A DNA stretch of 10,926 nt from Armatimonadota bacterium (GTDB lineage: Bacteria; Armatimonadota; Fimbriimonadia; Fimbriimonadales; GBS-DC): positions 1-10,926 of the forward strand of contig JBBIJY010000045.1 in assembly GCA_037445735.1 (NCBI GenBank), written 5' to 3'. The notes beneath the pieces were generated by a model. That model had not been told where the DNA came from. It saw only the letters and a program-made list of their open reading frames with translations, and ran no database searches. Numbering within the stretch: position 1 is the first letter of the stretch; each line of letters starts with the position of its first letter. This document shows, piece after piece, positions 6,904 through 10,926 of this stretch. Position numbers and translations under genes: made by a program.

Positions 6904-7569
6904 ATGCAGCCCGATGGACTGGACTACACGGCGCAGGCGGAACTGCTGATCCAGCACATTCGCGAGAAAGGGGTGCGGGACGAGCGGGTGCTGGAGGCGA
7001 TTCGGCGCGTGCCCCGCCACCTGATGGTGCCCGAAGAGTACCGCTGGCAAGCCTATATTGATCACGCGCTGCCGATTGGCGAGGGTCAGACCATTTCCCA
7101 GCCCTCGCTGGTCGCCACGATGACCGAGCTGCTGGAGTTGCGGGGCGTCGAGCGCGTGCTGGAGATTGGCACGGGTTCGGGCTATCAGGCGGCGATTCTG
7201 ATATTGCTCTGTCGCGAGCTGGTGACGGTGGAGCGTTTCCCGCGTCTGGCGTTGCGGGCGTATCGGGTTCTCACCGCGTTGCGCTTTGCGCCCTCTGTGC
7301 AGGTGATTGGCGATGGCACGCGCGGTTTCCCGCCGATGGCGCCCTATGATCGGATTATCGTGACGGCGGGCGCGCCGCCGAGCATCCCGCCGCCGTTGCT
7401 GGAGCAGCTCTCGCCGAACGAGGGACGCCTGCTGCTGCCGCTCGGCTCCCGCACCCATCAGGTGCTGACACTCATCATCAAGCGCGGGCAGCAGCTGTCC
7501 ACCCGCACCTGCGGCGAGTGTGTGTTTGTACCCCTTGTGGGCGAGTATGGTTGGCAGCCGGACGAGTAG
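6904..7569 (+). CDS. pcm: Protein-L-isoaspartate O-methyltransferase
   Basis: VPRHLMVP, AYIDHALPIGEGQTISQP, VLEIGTGSGYQAAIL, APYDRIIVTAG, FVPLVG. Confidence 0.96.
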   Translation: MQPDGLDYTAQAELLIQHIREKGVRDERVLEAIRRVPRHLMVPEEYRWQAYIDHALPIGEGQTISQPSLVATMTELLELRGVERVLEIGTGSGYQAAILILLCRELVTVERFPRLALRAYRVLTALRFAPSVQVIGDGTRGFPPMAPYDRIIVTAGAPPSIPPPLLEQLSPNEGRLLLPLGSRTHQVLTLIIKRGQQLSTRTCGECVFVPLVGEYGWQPDE

Positions 7570-7580
7570 GGCGCCCCATT

Positions 7581-8453
7581 TTACCAGCGGACCTGGAGCC
7601 GATTGCGCAAATAGAGAGCCAGCGCGTTCATCGTCAGCAGCAGCGTTAGCAGCACGATAATGCCCGCTGCGGCGTTCTGATGGAAGCCGACCTGCGGGCG
7701 CGAAATCCAGTCGTAAATCTGCACGGGCAGGGCAGTGAAGGGCGAGGAGAGGCTATCGGGCAGTCGGGGCAGGAACACGAACGCGCCCAGCACCAGCAGT
7801 GGCGCGGTCTCGCCCACCACACGCGAAAGCGACAGGATGACCCCCGTCAGAATAGCGGGCATCGCGACAGGCAGCACAGCATGGCGCACGGTCTGCCACT
7901 GCGTGGCGCCGAGCGCGAGCGAGCCTTCGCGCAGACTGCGCGGCACCGCGCGCAAGCCCTCCCGCGCCGCCGTGATAATCACGGGCAACGCCAGCAACGC
8001 CATCGTGCATGCACCCGCCAGCAAACTGTGTCCCATCATCAGCGTTCGCACAAACACCTGCAGACCCAGCATCCCATAGATGACCGAGGGCACACCTGCC
8101 AGATTGGTGAGGTTGATATCGATCAGGCGGGTGAACCCGTTGCGCCGTGCGAACTCCTCCAGATAGATGGCGGCGCCCACGCCCACCGGCACCGCAATCG
8201 CCGCGGTCAGCAGCATCAGATAGAAACTGCCCACCAGCGCCACCTTGATGCCCGCGTTTTCGGGGATGCGCGAGGAGAAGGAGGTGAGAAAGCCGATGTT
8301 CAGGCGGGCATAACCGTCCAGCAGAATCTTGAGGATCAGCACGGTGAGCGCGGTTAATGCGAACAGCACCATCGTGGAGGCAATCAGCAGAAAGAGCCTC
8401 TCACGCCTCCTTATCGCCCGCCAGTGTGCCGGCGAGGAAATCAGCAGGCTCAT
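7581..8453 (-). CDS. pstA: Phosphate ABC transporter permease PstA
   Basis: [25 protein letters not shown]-loop [23 protein letters not shown]; follows pstC with ATGA overlap. Confidence 0.95.
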   Translation of the reverse strand: MSLLISSPAHWRAIRRRERLFLLIASTMVLFALTALTVLILKILLDGYARLNIGFLTSFSSRIPENAGIKVALVGSFYLMLLTAAIAVPVGVGAAIYLEEFARRNGFTRLIDINLTNLAGVPSVIYGMLGLQVFVRTLMMGHSLLAGACTMALLALPVIITAAREGLRAVPRSLREGSLALGATQWQTVRHAVLPVAMPAILTGVILSLSRVVGETAPLLVLGAFVFLPRLPDSLSSPFTALPVQIYDWISRPQVGFHQNAAAGIIVLLTLLLTMNALALYLRNRLQVRW

Positions 8454-9412
8454 CGTCGCGCCTCCTTATAACGCGCCCGAAACGCCTCGCTCACCAGGTT
8501 CAGAGCGAGCGTGATGAGAAAGAGCAGCAGCCCCACCGCGAAGATGGTGCGATACTCCAGCGTGCCGTGCGGGACATCGCCCATCGCAATCTGCACGATG
8601 GAGGCGGTCATCGTCTGCACCGCCTGCAGCGGGTTGAAGGTGAAGTTCGGCTGTTGCCCCGCGGCAATGACGACGATCATCGTTTCGCCCACCGCGCGGG
8701 AGAGACCCAGCAGGAACGAGGCAGAGATTCCCGACATCGCGGCGGGCACCACCACGCCCCAGGTGGTTTGCAGGCGCGTCGCGCCCAGCGCCAGCGAGGC
8801 GTACCGCAGGCTGTTCGGCACCGCATAGAGGGCGTCCTCACTCAGCGAGGCGACCGTCGGCAAAATCATGAGTCCCATCACCAGCCCCGCCGAGAGCGCG
8901 TTGAAGCCCTCCAGCCCGGGAATGAACCGTTGCAGGAGAGGCGTGACGAAGGTGAGCGCAAAGTAGCCGTACACGACCGTCGGAATGCCCGCCAGCACCT
9001 CCAGCAGGGGTTTGACCACTCTGCGCAGGCGCGGTGAGGCATATTCGCTCAGGTAGACCGCCACAATCAGCCCCGTCGGCGCCGCCACACTGAGCGCAAT
9101 CACGGTGGTGAGCAGCGTGCCCATCACCAGCGGCAGCACCCCGAAAGCAGGTGGTTCAAACAGCGGCGCCCAGCGCGTGCCCGTCAGAAACTCCCGCAGC
9201 GAGACCCCCTTGAAAAAGCCCAGACTCTCCGTCAGCAGGATCAGCACGATGGCAACCGTGGTCAGAATGCCCACGATCGCGCACAGGAACAGGAAGACGC
9301 GCACGAAGAACTCCCGAACGCGCACAGAAAAGCGCAGGCGACGAGCGGACGGAAAGGCGACCACCGCCCTTTGACCGGTATCCGTTTCAGGGAGCGAAGC
9401 CTTACTGTCCAC
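8450..9412 (-). CDS. pstC: Phosphate ABC transporter permease PstC
   Basis: [48 protein letters not shown] start overlaps the pstS end (exact start uncertain). Confidence 0.95.
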   Translation of the reverse strand: MDSKASLPETDTGQRAVVAFPSARRLRFSVRVREFFVRVFLFLCAIVGILTTVAIVLILLTESLGFFKGVSLREFLTGTRWAPLFEPPAFGVLPLVMGTLLTTVIALSVAAPTGLIVAVYLSEYASPRLRRVVKPLLEVLAGIPTVVYGYFALTFVTPLLQRFIPGLEGFNALSAGLVMGLMILPTVASLSEDALYAVPNSLRYASLALGATRLQTTWGVVVPAAMSGISASFLLGLSRAVGETMIVVIAAGQQPNFTFNPLQAVQTMTASIVQIAMGDVPHGTLEYRTIFAVGLLLFLITLALNLVSEAFRARYKEARR

Positions 9413-10463
9413 CCTTTCCCGTGCCCTCCTCGATTCGGTAGAGGTCTTCCAGTTTCACGCCCACCTGCGAGCCTTTTGCGCCGAACACCGAGCCAGTGAT
9501 ACGCCGCTCCAGTCGCTGCTTCGCCAGCTCGTACACCTTCGGTGGCAGGGGCACATAGCCCACCTCCTTCGCCAGCGCGCCCGCGTTTTCAATATAGAAC
9601 TCTATGAAGGCGCGCACCTGCGGCTTCTCCAGCGATTTCACATTCACATAGATGAAGAGGGGGCGCGAGAGCGGCTGATAGGTGCCATTCAGAACCGTCT
9701 GCTCGCTGGGCAGGATGGGCCCGTCGCCGTTCGCCGGGTTCTCGTCGTCAATCGCGACCACTTTGAGGCGCTCCCTGTTCTGCAGGTAGTATGCCAGCCC
9801 GAAGTAGCCCAGTGCGTTCTCGTTGGTGGCGATGCCCTGCACCAGCGTATTGTCGTCCTCGCTGGAGTTGTAGTCGCTGCGGCTGCTGTGTTCCTTGCCC
9901 ACAATCGCAGCGGTGAAGTAGTCGAAGGTGCCTGAATCGACGCCCGCCCCGTACAGCACGAGCGGGCGGTCCGGGAAGCCGGGGCGAACCTGCGACCAGC
10001 GCTGGATTTTGCCCGTCGCTTCGGGCGACCAGATCTTGCGCAGCTCGCTCACCGTGAGGTCGTCGCACCCGGTGTTTTTCGGGTTCACCACCACCGCCAG
10101 CGCGTCATAAGCGACGGGGATTTCGATATACTCGATGCCGTTCTTTCGGCAGGCTTCGTCTTCAACGGGGCGAATGGGTCGCGAGGCGCCTGTGATGTCG
10201 ATCTCGCCGTGGGCGAACTTTTTGAAGCCGCCGCCTGTGCCCGACTTGCGGACGGCAGGCATCGTGTTAGGGTGCAGCTTCTGGAACTCTTCCGCAACGG
10301 CTTCCGAGAGGGGCAGCACGGTGCTGGAGCCGTCCACGATAATCGTGCCGCGGAGACCGCCTGCACCACCCGATGCTGCTGAGCCGTTCGAAGCCTGGCG
10401 CTGGCAGCCCGCCATCAGCCCCGCCAGCGCGATCAGCACCGTCAGGATTGTCCAGCGCGTCAT
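9402..10463 (-). CDS. pstS: Phosphate ABC transporter substrate-binding lipoprotein PstS
   Basis: Lipobox [51 protein letters not shown]. Confidence 0.95.
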   Translation of the reverse strand: MTRWTILTVLIALAGLMAGCQRQASNGSAASGGAGGLRGTIIVDGSSTVLPLSEAVAEEFQKLHPNTMPAVRKSGTGGGFKKFAHGEIDITGASRPIRPVEDEACRKNGIEYIEIPVAYDALAVVVNPKNTGCDDLTVSELRKIWSPEATGKIQRWSQVRPGFPDRPLVLYGAGVDSGTFDYFTAAIVGKEHSSRSDYNSSEDDNTLVQGIATNENALGYFGLAYYLQNRERLKVVAIDDENPANGDGPILPSEQTVLNGTYQPLSRPLFIYVNVKSLEKPQVRAFIEFYIENAGALAKEVGYVPLPPKVYELAKQRLERRITGSVFGAKGSQVGVKLEDLYRIEEGTGKGGQ

Positions 10464-10472
10464 AACACTTTG

Positions 10473-10506
10473 AGCCTACCCGTTGCCCTGTTAAGGAATG
10501 GTTAAG
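10473..10506 (-). promoter_or_regulatory. pstS promoter: Pho-box-like tandem repeat plus -10
   Basis: Minus strand CTTAACCA-TTC-CTTAACAG (10506..10488; 11-bp period, resembles the SphR/PhoB-type CTTAACCT box), 9 nt upstream of a TAGGCT -10 (10478..10473), itself 9 nt from the ATG. Confidence 0.7.
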
Positions 10507-10528
10507 CGCGGAGTGGATATAATCGAAC

Positions 10529-10671
10529 GTTTCAATCCCTCAGAGGTAGGCTACAAACAAGGAATGGTTAAGCGCAGACGTTTCAATCCCTCAGAGGTAG
10601 GCTACAAACCACGAAGCGAAAACAATCGGAGGGTGAGCAACGTTTCAATCCCTCAGAGGTAGGCTACAAAC
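10529..10671 (-). CRISPR. CRISPR mini-array 2: 3 identical 30-bp repeats, spacers of 21 and 32 bp
   Basis: Repeats at 10529..10558, 10580..10609 and 10642..10671, identical to array 1; spacers 10559..10579 and 10610..10641. Confidence 0.92.
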
Positions 10672-10926
10672 CAACCCCCTGCAGCGGGCAGGCGCGAACG
10701 CCCACCCGCTCAGAGGCACAGCTCTGAACTCCAATCGGACCCTTCGCCCGATTGTCAAGGTGCACGCACAGCTTTGCCCCGATGGCGCTTGTACTATACC
10801 CCATCGATGACAGCGAAGTCAAGGGGTGTCGTCGATCGGGAGTTGATTTGAACTCAAGGGATGGAAAGTCGGTGATCGACGGCAATCGGGTTGTGTGGAT
10901 ACGAGGTGTTGTGGTTGGATTGGTGA
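10672..10926 (-). promoter_or_regulatory. CRISPR leader with promoter and inverted-repeat motif
   Basis: TTGACT-N18-TATAGT (10822..10793) points at the array; TGTCGTCGATC/GATCGACGGCA inverted repeat at 10827..10837 and 10874..10884; non-coding. Confidence 0.7.
10773..10926. repeat. 154-bp direct repeat, copy 2 (identical to 1..154)
   Basis: Direct sequence comparison. Confidence 0.97.

Noticed and set aside
10700-10729. Possible degenerate fourth repeat (shares CTCAGAGG and terminal AAC)
   Set aside because: Only about 60% identity with gaps, on the leader side, and partly explained by the UUCG hairpin; not counted as a repeat.
10664-10885. 73-aa minus-strand ORF
   Set aside because: Lies within the leader/promoter and ends inside a repeat; no recognisable protein features.
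1-10926. Plasmid, prophage or cas locus
   Set aside because: No replication, integrase, transposase, phage or cas gene recognised; the HD protein has the GYP motif and is not a Cas3 HD nuclease.

Overview
GC-rich bacterial chromosomal segment; a thermophile such as an Armatimonadota member is my guess from repeat family and gene style. Housekeeping genes: acyl-CoA thioesterase, a 2-TM small protein, a stand-alone HD-GYP protein, an orphan Wzm-type ABC permease, dprA, a 5'-truncated anmK, a fluoride-riboswitch-led cation:proton antiporter + USP operon, a secreted hypothetical, pcm and pstSCA (no pstB). There are no cas genes, but two CRISPR mini-arrays share an identical 30-bp repeat (transcribed strand probably GTTTGTAGCCTACCTCTGAGGGATTGAAAC). 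A 154-bp CRISPR-leader segment occurs at both ends of the window. Main observations: (1) a 21-nt spacer in array 2 matches 19/21 to the Pho-box-like site of the adjacent pstS promoter, next to a CCA motif, a candidate for CRISPR-guided transcription control; (2) array 1 is fused at a codon boundary into the middle of anmK, removing its N-terminus; (3) the fluoride riboswitch seems to act through a 27-codon leader ORF translationally coupled to an antiporter. Assembly artefacts at the repeats cannot be excluded from sequence alone.
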